The position numbers and the translations under genes are program-made. This document shows positions 13,331-27,215 of a stretch of 64,000 nucleotides of DNA, piece after piece. Every line of letters begins with the position of its first letter. The stretch's first letter is position 1. The DNA comes from Octopus bimaculoides. Its lineage: Eukaryota. Under the pieces are notes generated by a model that was not told where the DNA came from, ran no database searches, and saw nothing but the letters and a program-made list of their open reading frames with translations. The stretch spans positions 9,331,378 through 9,395,377 of the forward strand of contig NC_068983.1 in assembly GCF_001194135.2 (NCBI RefSeq), in the 5' to 3' direction.

Positions 13331-13647
13331 TAAACTAGTCATTGGTGACAAGCCATGTTTAATAGGGTGTGCTTACAGTGTTGTCATTACTCGTCATCTC
13401 CAATATGGAAAAAGAAAAGTTGGCAGGTCAGATTATTAGATTCATAGTAAGTATACAGTACAAATACAATAACACAGGACAGTTGTAACTGCCTCTCCTA
13501 AATAGTTTCAATACTTCTGGAATGCACTTCAAATATACGTGCGTATGTGAGTGTGTGTGTTTGAAAGTGAGAGATTGTGTGTCTGTTTGTTTACATATGT
13601 ATGTATGTATGAATGTATGTATGTATGTATGTATGTATGTATGTATG

Positions 13648-13705
13648 TATACACCTTCTCGACTTACGACGGAGTCCCGTTCCGACTGACAAGTCGTAAG
13701 TCGAT
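13648..13705 (+). mobile_element. Possible pogo/Tigger-like terminal region
   Basis: tatacaccttctcgacttacgac...gtcgtaagtcga: 12-bp internal inverted repeat like those at Tigger-type ends; no matching second end found. Confidence 0.4.
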
Positions 13706-14774
13706 CTGGTCGCATGTCGGATTAGTATTTTTAACATTATTTTCGTTCAAATGCAACTGATGCTTGAAAGCGGCTGAGTGAGAGACTGTGGCGGGTAGTG
13801 AATGTCTGGGTATGAGGGAGGCCTGCGTTGCCAGATCCTGCCATAGTTACCGTACGTGCAGCTGCCCAGCTTCCGAAATTCGATTTATTTATTTATTTAT
13901 TCATTTTGTTTTTATTTTCTTATTCCTTGCGGTGTTAAGTCAAGTCGAAGGTGTATGTGTACGTAGCCAGAAGAACAAGCACGTATCTAGGTGTTGAGCA
14001 AGGTATATATATTTTCTATGCCGTACGTATGGGTGAGATTGGCATTATAGGGGAAATATATAAAATGAAACATGTGTTCATAATAAGACAGCTTAGACAA
14101 ATCAGGAACGAAACAGAATTACAGAGTATGGAACATTTTTATGCGTCTACAATATCAAATCATAGCAAGCGACAGGTATCAGCAATGAAATTTCCGTAGG
14201 GTTTAGACATGTCAAACAAAATTAGAAGAAACTCGGTAACTCAGACAAATAGTCTATTCATAGTTATTTAACTGTAGGAATATGTTGCTTTTGAAAAGGA
14301 TATATTACATATTTAAACGGGGTTAAACCACAACAGCTGAAAACAGAAACCTGCATATCATACGAGCTTCATTGCTGTGAATGTAACCTAGTTTAGCTTG
14401 ATCAATGGTATTGTATTCAAGAGACAACTGTTAAGTTTATTTGAGTTGTGGATAATATAGATTATAAATGGATAAAGTTACTGGTCTCTTTCTTTTTCCT
14501 TTCTGTCTTTGTTTCTTTCTTTCTTCCTATCTCTTTCTTTCTGTTTGTCTTTCTTTCTCTCTCCCACCATCCCTCTCTCACTATCTCTCTATCCCCTTTT
14601 CTACTTCTCCATATTTCACTTTGTAAGGAAGGTTATTCTATTACTGAAGAACTCTTAAGATAAAGAAGAAAAATAAAACCATATCGGACCCAGTTTTCCT
14701 CTTTTGCAGATATTACACAGAATTTGTATTTACTTATTATTACGGGGTCTGATGTTGTTTGTTTAAGCTATACA

Positions 14775-14950
14775 GAAGGCGACGAGCTCGCAGAATCGTT
14801 ATCACCCTGGACAAAATGCTTAATGGCATTTCGCCGAGGTTTACTTTGTTTTTCACCCTTTCAGGGTCGATAAAATAAGTCCTAGTTAATGACATCGACT
14901 TAACCCCTCCCCCGAAACCGCTGGCTTTGTTCCAAAATTTGAAAGCTATC
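14775..14950 (+). mobile_element. SINE family A, internally deleted copy
   Basis: Head ggcgacgagctcgcagaatcgtta, central ctttcagggtcgataaaataagt, tail A. Confidence 0.8.
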
Positions 14951-15194
14951 TAAGCTCCACATATTCTCATTACAACAGATTAAGAGGAACAGGCATTTTT
15001 ATGTGGCTACGCTGTTCCCATATCAACCGGGTAGTTTTGGGCGAAGTCACACAATGCGACACATTGAGCGTCTTCTACTATAACCTTGGACTGATCAATG
15101 CCGTGTGAGTATATTTAGTAGAAAGAAATTCTGTTGAAGCCTGTCATATATGTATATATGTATAAGCATAAAGATCTTTTCCGTGTCATACACA

Positions 15195-15418
15195 CTCATA
15201 GGGCCCGTTCCCCAGCTTCCATGGTGTATATATTCTAAACTGGATGGGTCGCTGGTCTGTCATAAGATTACTCAATATAGCCAGCCAGGGTGGATTGGAA
15301 TAACGTGAAATCAAGCGTTTTGCTCGAGAGCACAATACATTGCTCGGTACAGGAATCGAAACAACAATCTTACGATCGTGAGTCCAACACCCTAACTACG
15401 AAGCCACGAATGTCTACC
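15195..15418 (-). mobile_element. CORE-type SINE (family D), tail type 4
   Basis: tRNA-like head and CORE-like block on the minus strand; the tail segment ctcatagggcc..ttccc recurs at ~55035-55060. Confidence 0.65.
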
Positions 15419-16712
15419 GCTTGTATATAGTGTGTGCGTGTGTCTGTGTGTGTATGTGTATTTGTGTGTGTGTGTGTGTGGGTGTGTGTGTGTGTGTGTG
15501 TATTTGTGTGTGTGTGTGCGCGCGTGCATGTACGTGTGTGTGTGTGTATGTCTGTCTGTCTGTTTACATTTCCGTAACATACCGTTTGGCAAAGGTGTCA
15601 GCGTATGAAAAAGTTTAAAAAGAAATTATGGGGTTAGTTAATTCGACCAACGCTACAAGGTGTAATCTCAATATACCTCTAGTCACATTTAGTGACATTT
15701 GTAATTCTTCTTTTGTGGTGAAACATTGCAAAGCGTTCTTTATATTAATTTCATATACACACATTAGCGAATCGCTAAATCATCCAGTTATTTGCATGAT
15801 GAAAACAAATACTAATGGCGAAGCGAGTCCGGAAAAATTCCAAAACAATAAAGCGATCTTAACCGATGAGGCAACGGAAATTGCCGTAAATGACGCGTCA
15901 CTATAAAGAATTCTCGATCGGCACTTTTCGGACGATCATGGTCCATGTTAATGTATATGCTTTCATTTATATGCGTTTACTACAGCATTACAGCGGTTTA
16001 GCTCTAATTTCTAGCAATGTACGTGTTTCCTAACAGCCTTGTGACATTTGTAATTCTCCCTTTTGGTGAAACATTGCAGACTGTTACATATATATATATA
16101 TATGTGTGTGTGTGTGTAAACGTGTGTGTGTGTACGTGAACGTGCGTGTGTGTGTGTGTGTAAACGTGCGTGTGTGTGTATAAACGTGTGTGTGTGTGCG
16201 TGTGTGTGGTTTTCTACTCCTTATACGGAGTTTGACCACCGCCTGTATCTACACCTTACAACCATCATGGTGTCTGATGCGTCTTTTTAAACCAGACAAT
16301 ATTTTGAAAAGATACCCACATAAATAGCATATCCGATTGGACCACCAAGAGCTGCAGGTAAGTCCTGATCTTTGCGAATCTTGAAATGTCTTTTGAGGCA
16401 TCCGTTAGATTTGCTGATCTTCCGGCATACATTGTATTGAAAGGTGTGCACAGACATATAGGCACTATAGTTGGTGGGGGTTCGTTTTCCATAGATTCGC
16501 AAATGTTTTGGTGTCGGTTTGGTGTCTGGAATGGGATAGCTTACCTCAAGGCCAGGTAGAAGATTTTTAACCACAGTTGGTATTCTACATTGGTTGGTAT
16601 TCTACCAAGAAGAAGAAATCTCCAAAATAAAACCTGAGGCCAACAGGTGGGGGTAGTGCAGTGCAAGCTACACCCATTGAAAATTATTCATATATATATA
16701 TATATATATATA

Positions 16713-16790
<78 letters not shown>

Positions 16791-17269
16791 AACATAAAAG
16801 CATTTAATGTATGTGTGTATAAATAAATGTATATAGAGAAACTCTCAAACACACACACACACACACATACATCAATTCACAAATGACAAACAGGTAGGAA
16901 TTACGTTACAATTTACATTAGCTTACTTAATTTACCGCTGATTCTGCTATAAGAAGCATTTCGCTCAGAGCTGAGACCTTATGCAACGAAATTAAGTTTA
17001 TCTAATTGTTTTCCGAAATAAGCATATGCTTCATTTTGATGGCTCCGAGGAAGCTATAATGTGTTGAACAAGAACTCCACTCTGGCTGCAATGCTTCTCA
17101 TGAAGGAAACCGCTGGAAGCTTGTGAGGGCGATTGCATAACTGGAGTTCTTGTGTCGTTCATTAATTGATAATACGTTCTTTACCCTCCTGGCATTTTAC
17201 ACTAAAGTATAAATATATTGTGTTCTAACATCGGATTATTACTATCGTTATGCCTAAACAAAATTATAG

Positions 17270-17273
17270 ATAT

Positions 17274-17311
<38 letters not shown>

Positions 17312-17369
17312 GGATAGATAGATAGATAGATAGATAGATAGGCAGACAGACAGACAGACAGACAGCCAA

Positions 17370-17416
<47 letters not shown>
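17270..17416. repeat. (GATA)n/(GACA)n microsatellite; similar tracts at ~19730-19787, 44583-44660 and 50875-50955
   Basis: Direct reading. Confidence 0.95.
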
Positions 17417-17424
17417 TAGTTATG

Positions 17425-17818
17425 TTACTTACCAGCCACATGGTTCCTGGTTCAGTCCCACTGCGTGGCACCTTGGGCAAGTGTCTTCTACTATAGCCTC
17501 GGGCCGACCAAAGCCTTGTGAGTGGATTTGGTAGACGGAAACTGAAAGAAGCCCGTCGTATATATGTATATATATATATACATATATATATGTGTGTGTA
17601 TATGTTTGTGTGTCTGTCTTTGTCCCCCTCAACTTCGCTTGACAACCGATGCTGGTGTGTTTACGTCCCCGTAATCTAGCGGTTCGGCAAAAAGAGACCG
17701 ATAGAATAAGTACTAGGCTTACAAAGAATAAGTCCTGGGATCCATTTGCTCGACTAAAGGTGGTGCCCCAGCATGGCCGCAGTCAAATGACTGAAACAAG
17801 TAAAAGAGTAAAGAGAGT
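17425..17818 (+). mobile_element. tRNA-derived SINE family C (internal TA/TG microsatellite)
   Basis: ccacatggttcctggttcagtcccactgcgtggcaccttgggcaagtgtcttc...; tail gaaacaagtaaaagagtaa; matches 20542-21040 and 62270-62585. Confidence 0.9.
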
Positions 17819-19036
17819 ATATATACATACATATATGTTATCTAAATATGTCTCTCTGCCTCTACCTCTCTCTCTTCTCTCCCCACGTAACCGGTGTTCG
17901 GCCAAGCCTGACCTTTCTCTCTCGGTTCGGCCGTCATCCGTGCAACATCTCTATTCCTCCCTGTGCCTGTGAAATATTGTATCCCTGCCGTAAGGCTTTA
18001 CTTCCACACACGCCAGCTTAATTTAATTCGTCCTTAGTTGAAAGACACCTGATGTTATGTCCTGTTATTTGTATTTGTATAACATTCTCCGTTGTTTTCC
18101 GTCCTTCTTCTCGTATACATTCGCTGTTTTCTAACAAGGAATCTAATGTTCTTAGCCTGGTTTTTTTTCTTCAGCTGACTAGATTGGAGCAATCTCGAGT
18201 AAAACCAGCTGAAATTCTAAAGATAATCTGGAAATCGACTAAAGAAAGAAAACTCCGAATGACCCGACCTTGTATATATGTGTATGTATGTATGTATGTA
18301 TGTATGTATATATGTATGTATGTATGTATGTGTATGTATGTATGTATGTATGTATGTACTTATGTAAAACACATTCTCTATCACAGATACACGTGTTCTG
18401 TCACACACGCTGTCTATATATACCTATCTGATGAGGTCCTAATAAATATAGAAACTAATGAAAATAGGCGAAATTTTGTACGCGATTATATAACAAAAAT
18501 AAAAATTATGGCCTCGCCTTATATTTTTCTTAATTTTTACCACAACAGTGGGGCTTAAATCTAATCTCTATTCAAAGGTATACCTTACATAACATCACAG
18601 TTCAAATTTAAATCTACTGTCACGAAGCAACATGTTAAAGATAGAAAACAATGGCGGAAAATTAATTACCTTCCTCTGTCGTATACTAATAATTTTTCTT
18701 TACCATTATGTGAAGTTAAATGTAAGTTGGCAGTTGCCTAATTTCTTCGGAAGTTTTCCATGAGGCTAAGTTATAAGCTTCATTATATTTATAGACAGAA
18801 CTCATGAATCAGATACGTTAGATCGGGATTAACTCATTATTTTCATACACTAATTCTTTTAATTTTTTTTTATATTGGTAAAGTTAAATTATCAGAATGT
18901 ATTTCTGAGTAATTTCTATTCTTTCGGCTCTCTATGGTGCAGTGATATATAAGTTTACATATACGAAATTAAGTGTATATGTACTATGTATATATGATGC
19001 ATGTAACTATGCATGCATGCATGTATATATATATAC

Positions 19037-19073
<37 letters not shown>

Positions 19074-19704
19074 NNNNNNNNNNNNNNNNNNNNNNNNNNN
19101 NNNNNNNNNNNNNNNNNNNNNNNNNNNNNNNNNNNNNNNNNNNNNNNNNNNNNNNNNNNNNNNNNNNNNNNNNNNNNNNNNNNNNNNNNNNNNNNNNNNN
19201 NNNNNNNNNNNNNNNNNNNNNNNNNNNNNNNNNNNNNNNNNNNNNNNNNNNNNNNNNNNNNNNNNNNNNNNNNNNNNNNNNNNNNNNNNNNNNNNNNNNN
19301 NNNNNNNNNNNNNNNNNNNNNNNNNNNNNNNNNNNNNNNNNNNNNNNNNNNNNNNNNNNNNNNNNNNNNNNNNNNNNNNNNNNNNNNNNNNNNNNNNNNN
19401 NNNNNNNNNNNNNNNNNNNNNNNNNNNNNNNNNNNNNNNNNNNNNNNNNNNNNNNNNNNNNNNNNNNNNNNNNNNNNNNNNNNNNNNNNNNNNNNNNNNN
19501 NNNNNNNNNNNNNNNNNNNNNNNNNNNNNNNNNNNNNNNNNNNNNNNNNNNNNNNNNNNNNNNNNNNNNNNNNNNNNNNNNNNNNNNNNNNNNNNNNNNN
19601 NNNNNNNNNNNNNNNNNNNNNNNNNNNNNNNNNNNNNNNNNNNNNNNNNNNNNNNNNNNNNNNNNNNNNNNNNNNNNNNNNNNNNNNNNNNNNNNNNNNN
19701 NNNN
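19074..19704. other. Assembly gap flanked by (TA)n
   Basis: N run. Confidence 1.
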
Positions 19705-19730
19705 TATATATATATATATATATATATAGG

Positions 19731-19788
<58 letters not shown>

Positions 19789-19960
19789 TGTATGTATGTT
19801 TGTATGTATGTAACATCCGTATATAAAATACAGTGTTCTATTATTTTCTATTCCTTTGTTTCTCATTTATATTGAGTTAAATTCTAACACTTTACAATAA
19901 AAGACTGGTAAAATAAAAACGGGTGATACACTTAATCAGCAGAGAAATTTGCACAAATAT

Positions 19961-19997
<37 letters not shown>

Positions 19998-20541
19998 CAA
20001 TACATGCACACTTATACACACACATACACGCGCACTCACAACAAACGCGCGAGCGCGCACACACACAATCACACACACACAGAGGTACATACATACAGAG
20101 AAACACACACAGAGGCGGAGTTCTTCATTTCTTGGCAATTGTGTCAAAACACATTTGTATTGGTTAGTCACAGTTTCCATAGAAGTTTTCACTGCGTTTC
20201 TTTAACTTACATAAGTACACCTACCTCTCTACATACATACATACATACATACATACATACATACATACGCATGGGCATTTCCTCGTAAATCTCACCTATG
20301 TGTTTTTTGCAGATGTGCCATGTTGCCCTTTAGGGAACTTGTGGAGATAAATGCTGCCTCGTCCTACAGCCTAATGTAAACATGTTTAGATTTTAACAAT
20401 CAAATATTTTTAGGAGAAAGGATATTATGAAAGTAAGTGTTAGACATAGAGATAATAGACTGAGTATGTGTGTATACATATCTATACATCTATGTATGAA
20501 CGTATATGTGTGTGTAAGTATATGGGAATATGTGTGCATAT

Positions 20542-20783
20542 ATTCTTTTATCCTTTTACTTGTCTCGGTCGTTTTGACTTTGGTCATGCTGGAGCACCAC
20601 CTTTAGTCGAGCAAATCGACCCCATGACTTATTCTTTGTAAGCCGAGTACTTATTTTATCGGTCTCTTTTGCCGAACCGCTACGTTACGTGGACGTAAAG
20701 ACACCGGCATCGGTTGTCAAGCGATGTTGGGGGTGACACAAACGAACATATACACACATATACATATACACACAAATACATAC

Positions 20784-20879
<96 letters not shown>

Positions 20880-21040
20880 GACGGGCTTCTTTCAGTTTCC
20901 GTCTACCAAATCCACTCACAAGGCTTTGGTCGGGTCTAGGCTATAGTAGAAGACACTTGCCCAAGGTGCCCCGCAGTGGGACTAACCCGGAACCATGTGG
21001 TTGGTAAGCAAGGTACTTACCACACAGCCACTCCTGCGCC
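20542..21040 (-). mobile_element. SINE family C, full copy with expanded internal (TA)n
   Basis: Reverse complement of family C including the head ggcgcaggagtggctgtgtggtaag. Confidence 0.9.
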
Positions 21041-22278
21041 TACATATATACATACACACACATATATACACGCCTATATATATATATACATATAAAAATA
21101 TACACATATATACACGCCTATATATATACATATAAACATATACACACACGTATATATATATATGCACTTAAACATATGTACAAAGCACGCACACACACAG
21201 ACATATATATATTTATATGTGAAGCAGTGGATGTTGTATGAATAGATATATAAATCTATGAACAATGAACAATGCAAAACCCACCATTGTGAAGTTAACT
21301 AGAATTTAGTTATAAGGAGAGAAAGTAAGACAGAATGCTTTATGTATTCTTTTGTCATGGAGATCGAAAATTGGTTGTTTCTTAGATTGCAATGCTTTAC
21401 AAATTTGTGATTCTTGTGCACAGCAGCTTGACGATAGTAACCAACAAGTATTTACTGTAAAGCAAAAAGCAGATCTGATTCAAACTATATGTTTTGGGGT
21501 TTTTTCTCTTTTCATTTTTTTTTTTTTTTTGCCTGGCAATATGGATAGCTTATTTCAAGACTATGACATTAAAAACAGTTTGCAGAAAATATACTTTATG
21601 GAATAAGTAGGAACCACTTTCTTTCTTATTTAGAATATATTCTTTAGGCGAATTAAATATATACGAGTTCGATTTCATTCTTGCATTTCATGTGTTTATC
21701 TGAAGGGTAAATAATTTGAGAAGCTGTCTCTAGCATATTTATTATATCAAGGCTTCTAAATATGTCATTTTGGTGATTTTCTAAAAAGAACGAAAGAGCA
21801 TTATTCGTGATTACCACTGAAATATTACGAACTTTATAATAAGGGAGGGAGCCAAATGGTATTAAATATTTGTATTTTCATCCTTTATTTTCTTATTCTT
21901 TAATTGCTAATTTAAACTTCTAATCTCACTAAATATTTTCAAGAAATTATTACCTCCTTTGTATTAAATCTACACCAAAAGATACCACGTGTTCTAAGTA
22001 TATCAAGTATAAACAAAAGAGTGAGATACGCGACTGTTTACGTAATTTTCATTGTGATTGTGTTTTAGTGTTATTCAAGGTGTATCTGCTAGTATGCTCA
22101 CACACATATATATACGTATATGCGTCTGTCTCTCTCTTTATATATGTATGAATTGCGTGTGCCGATGTACATACTGGGGAGAAATTACTCAATACATTTG
22201 CAAGAGTTTCTTTATTCTGTCAGTGTTTAAAGTTCTATTTTATTTCGACAGGATGAATTATGAACTTTCGACAAATAT

Positions 22279-22310
22279 GTGAGGACTGGTGCATTGTCCT
22301 GATGCAGGGG
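22279..22310 (-). mobile_element. Tiny mariner fragment (second catalytic D motif)
   Basis: Minus strand LHQDNAPVLT resembles the mariner LHHDNAPAH motif. Confidence 0.35.
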
Positions 22311-22994
22311 CCTCAGTGGAAGAGTTCTGTTGTTTGCGACAAAATCACTTCCTGAACTGCCACATATATGTGTATGAATAGGCCGCTTGTTTTATATTAT
22401 TAAGCGTTATTGTACTCAATACTCAATATTCTCAATACTGGGGTTCAGTTATATAAATATTAATAATTGGGATTTATAATTGCTGTACACCATCCTCCTT
22501 AAATATCAAATTTTCTTCGACAAAGGGCTGTAACGAAATGCATTTCACTAGGAATGTGTCAAGATTCTTTGTGTCCTATTAGTTTTTGTTCTTGTTATTG
22601 TGGTTTGGGATTTGTTATTTTATAGTTATTATGAGCCTTTTACATCACTGTAGTAAAATCTGATTCGTTCTCAGATAAGGTTGTGTAGTCTTCAAAGTAT
22701 AACTTCCTACATGGCCTTGAGTTCAAACCCTTGGCAGTGTCCAGTAAAGCCAACCCTACAATGATCAATAACAGCAGTGATGGTTAAAAAATGTTCATAA
22801 ATCACTTCTGTGGTCATGTGCTCTCGTCAATTCTTATTTTCAATCTTTCTCGTATAGACTTCTTGAGGAAATATTGCATACATAATGCTAGTTATTCCAC
22901 ACGGTCCGGTCCATTTTCCGAGTTGGTGACCTATGTCTCATGATGAGCGTGAGAGCTAACTGTACAGGTTAAAGAATATGGTTCTGGCTAATAC

Positions 22995-23200
22995 TGGTTT
23001 CAAATTTTAGCACAAGGCCAGCAGTTTCGGGGGAGAGGGTAAGCCGATTACATCAACCCGAGTGTTCGACTGCAGCATATTTTATCGACTCCGAAAGGAT
23101 AAAAGGCAAAGCAGACCTCGGCAGAATTTGAACTCAGAACGTAATGACAGACAAAATGCCGCTAAGCATTTTGCCCGGTGTGCTAAAGGTTCTGCCACCT
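22995..23200 (-). mobile_element. SINE family A, tail A
   Basis: Reverse complement of the family A head, body and tail. Confidence 0.85.
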
Positions 23201-25453
23201 CGCCGCCCTGGTAGAGGGGAAACTGTATGGAAATACATCATATATAAATATTCTGAGCATAACGGCGCACGCACGTGAGTGTGTGTGCGCGTGCGCTCGT
23301 TTTGCCGTTTGTGTATGGAACCCTACACTGACTGCTTAATAACTGGTGCTGGTTTGTTTACGTCTCAGTAACTTAGTGCTTTCGGTAAAAGAGACGAAGA
23401 GAATAAGTACCTGATTTAAATTGAGTATTGGTATCGAATTGTTCGGCTGAACTATTCTAGGCGATAAAACCAACATAACCACAGTCCAATGACTGACACA
23501 AAGAAAAGGTCACATTTTACAAACTTCAGTCGTACAAATTAGACACGAATTATTGGAATGGGTAAAAAAATATGGCCGAACGTAATATATTCCATTCGAT
23601 AAACATAGTTTATGCTAGAGATTAAAGTTACAAATAAAATACTATCAGCGTCCGTAGTTTAATAGCAGAAATTCCACTAGATTTGATTGTAAGGTAAATT
23701 TCAAAGAATTTGAGATTTATCTGTTATAATAATGTTAATTTGAATCTTAGGGCACGACATTGGTCAGTGATTTTAACGCACACGTCTGCGCATCGAACAA
23801 GTTCCTTAGCTTTTCTTTCAGCCTTTTACGTTCTGAATTCAAATCCGTCAGAGGTTAATTTCGTATTTCATCCTTTGAAGTGATAGGTTGAGAGAATAAA
23901 ATAACAGCCAAATACTGAGAACGATGAAGACAACTTATACCCTCTCCTGAAAACTTTTGGACTTGTACCAAAATTAGAAAGAATCTTGGGGCAGTAAATA
24001 ACTGTGAATTTATTGCATGATATCAATGTAGGTGTGAGGCAGGAATACTAAGTTTGATTGGATTCTTGCTCGATAAATGCTGTGTAAGTTCAATAGTAAT
24101 AAAATAATGACTTGTTGGAACCAGATAATGTTTTTTTTTTCTGTCTTTGTGTTGTTATGATATATAAGGTGTTAGCTATTGTATAGTTCAAGGAAATTTG
24201 CCTTTCTGCAGTGTAACGTTGTCTTATTATTATTATGTATTTTTGTAAGTTGATTTGCTGAAAGAATAGTGAGAAAGTTGTAAAGAAATATGTTTTTAAC
24301 CTGTTTAACACATTGTACCGGTGTTGGAATGTGTGTGTATGTAGAGAAGTGATTCGTTGAACGAGAATTGGGAATTGCTGAGGTTAAATATGCCACCAAC
24401 ACAGTTGACAATATTGACGTTCAGGAAGACATATTTACTTATTTCTTGATGTATTTACATTTGGTTTCTAAATGTAGACTCAGCCGTAAATTTTCATTTG
24501 ATTTCCTTAAATAAATTGTAAAGATTTTTTCTGTATTTTAGTGACTGCTATTGTTCAAGATTAGAAAAAATCGTCTCTGCGAAATCCTTTAGGAATGTAA
24601 GGATATTTGAAAAGTTGGTGAGCTTTGAACGGTATTTTTCATCAAGAAATGGAATATTAGGTATTTTGTTTCCATTTGTCACGAAGAATCTTTTATCTTT
24701 TACAGGTTTCAGTCATTAAACTGCGGCCATGCAGAGGCACCACCTTGAAGGGTTATGTCGAACAAATCAACCCACATTATTTAATTTTATTAAAACTTCT
24801 TACTAGTTTGTGTGGATGTAAAGAAGACAACGTTTGTCAATTCTATCAAACGAGATAGTTAAGTCATTATCAAATATATTCCATACACTATCGTTCCCAA
24901 ATATAAATTAATTTTCCCCCTTATCTATCAGTTTTGTGAGAAATGCTTTTAAATATCCCTCAACAAAGAAAGAATGAGCTTTCACTGAATTCGACACTGA
25001 AAGCCAAACCACCATTAATCTATCAATCCTGTTTTACTGAAGGATTTAATTTTGTAAAAGACTTCTGACTCATTACTTTCTTTCAAATTAGAATTATTCA
25101 GCACCTAAAGAAATCTAGTATGAGAAGATACTCAAATAAGAAAATGTTTTGTTTACTGATTTCTATATAAGAATAAACATTTTCGACATTGCTCAAAGCT
25201 TTTGGGTGTTCGTCACTGAGCAGGATAAATCAGGTCAAAACACCACCCCAGGCGGTCCCCTGGCGTCCTCGAGTTGCTTTGAGAATTTTTCCGCGAAGAA
25301 ATAGTAGATCTAGTAACGTTCGATACATTAAAAATGTTATACATTCAGACTTTTTTGCCCCAGGCTATTTTAAGTGTACACATGAATTAATGGCATAGAC
25401 ATTTCGGTGTGATCATGGGCTCGTAATATTTAAATGTCATTAGTTACATTATT

Positions 25454-25491
<38 letters not shown>

Positions 25492-25499
25492 GGCGTGTA

Positions 25500-25890
25500 A
25501 GCAATTTCATGGCAATGTTTCTGCAGTAATGGTCTTTATGGGATTTAAGAAGTTATAGTGGATGAGTCCAGCAAACAGTTACCATAACCTTCTTTTTGAA
25601 AATCTCGGGTTTAGGGAAAGTTTTCGGTGCTTCATTTTGGCCCAACCACTGCCAAGAACTTTTTTAATTTTGTACAGAACCCACTTATCATCGCAAGTTA
25701 CAATACGGTCGAGAAATAGAAAGGTCTGGTTACGGAGAAGAAGCGACGAGCAAATTCCATATGTTCGCATTTTCTGATTTTCATTCAGCTCGTGAGGTAC
25801 ATATTTGTGAAGCTTTTTTTGATTTTCCAATCGCATGCAAATGGTTGCAGGCTAACGTGAAGTTATTTTGCCAATTCTCGAGTGAGAATA
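25500..25890 (-). mobile_element. Degraded mariner transposase fragment
   Basis: Minus strand TRELAK..., KYVPHELNENQK (WVPHEL motif), FLDRIVTCDDKWVLY (first catalytic D), QKKVMVTV...HYNFLNP; frameshifted. Confidence 0.85.
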
Positions 25891-27022
25891 ATAAAAGATA
25901 TAGTAAAAGATACTTTCCCAAAATGTCAGCAATCTGATTGAACCCAAAATCTTGTGATAGTGAAACAAGCTTTTTTACCTTATACGTAATTGTTATATGC
26001 ACTGGACTGCGGCAGTGGTGGAGCACTACTTTCAAGGGGCTTAGGTAAACAGTACTTATTTTTAACTCTGGTACTTATTCTGCCGGTTTCGTTTGCCGAG
26101 CTATTAAGTTACGAAAACATGAACTAACACCGGTTATCAGGCGGTGGACACACACATACACAACATACTTTTTTCAGCTTCTAGTCTCTGAAATCCACTC
26201 ACAAGTCTTTTGGTTAGCATGGCTCAAGATGTTCTGCAGTATAATTGCGAAAAAGCTACTTACCACACAGCCATACCTGCACCAACATAATCTATAGTAA
26301 ACTGACATAAATGCTAATAGTCATAGATATTGTGGTAACATTTATATATTAAGACATTCTCAATACTTATATGATTGTACTTCAGTTGCAACCGTTATAT
26401 GTTCAATAGTTATCATAGCAACAACAATAGTGAAAAGAAGAGAAAAATATTAAGAACGTATTTCCTTCTAACAAGGTCGTTGGGCACCAAAATTACTACT
26501 GACTGCTCACATAATTCTGATCTTCTGTGACATGATAGAAAATTTAGCAATTCGGAAATTCTAAAATCTGCAGTTAAAGTAATATAGAAAGCGAAATTAC
26601 GACCAGAAATGATTCGAAGTAAAATAGGTTTTAGTCTGTAAAGCATATTCCTTGACATTTCACTGACGATTCGCTTGGGAATATATGGTTTGTATTGTCT
26701 TGTGTGTGATATAAAAAAGGCTATCACCATAATTTATTAGCTTTAAATAACCAATATCTCACATTCCCTATTCTCGTTTGATTTGCAGTGGAATATACTA
26801 AAGTCGGATAGGTTTGATAACCAGTGATGCAATAAGAAATTACGATCTCATAATAAAATATACAAAAAAAAGTAAGACTGAAGGAAAGAAATAAAAATAC
26901 ATGTGTAAGTGCATGTGCATGAATACTTATGCATGCGTGTGTGTGTGTATATATATCTTTGTGAGAAAAATTGGAAGACAAAAAATATATATATGTGAAA
27001 TAGTAGAAGCAACGATTTCGGA

Positions 27023-27215
27023 TTTATTACGTCTGCCTTCACAGAGGCGGAGGTATTGTTTTTCAGTCGTGTTTGTTTGTTTGTTTGACCGTGGACAAGA
27101 TATCTCAAGAACCGCTGAATGGATTCGGATGAAACTTTCAGAGATGTCAGGCCTCGTGACTGGCACGAACTGGTTAGATTTTGGGATAGATCCGGTATCG
27201 GAGAAGGATTCGAGA
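27023..27215 (+). mobile_element. Helentron-associated (HINE/DINE-1-like) non-autonomous element
   Basis: tttattacgtctgcc..ggcggagg subterminal hairpin, then (GTTT)n, then tggattcggatgaaacttt...gattttgggatagatccgg; this layout is typical of HINE/DINE-1. Confidence 0.6.

Noticed and set aside
16265-16574. Overlapping minus-strand ORFs with splice-like GTAAG sites
   Set aside because: Only vague LINE resemblance; the candidate plus-strand exon has stops in all frames.
18421-18500. Second possible hammerhead (CTGATGAG...GCGAAA)
   Set aside because: Stem II needs a bulge, and stems I and III cannot be formed convincingly.
21388-21450. Candidate exon DCNALQICDSCAQQLDDSNQQ
   Set aside because: Weak acceptor and donor; no family recognised.
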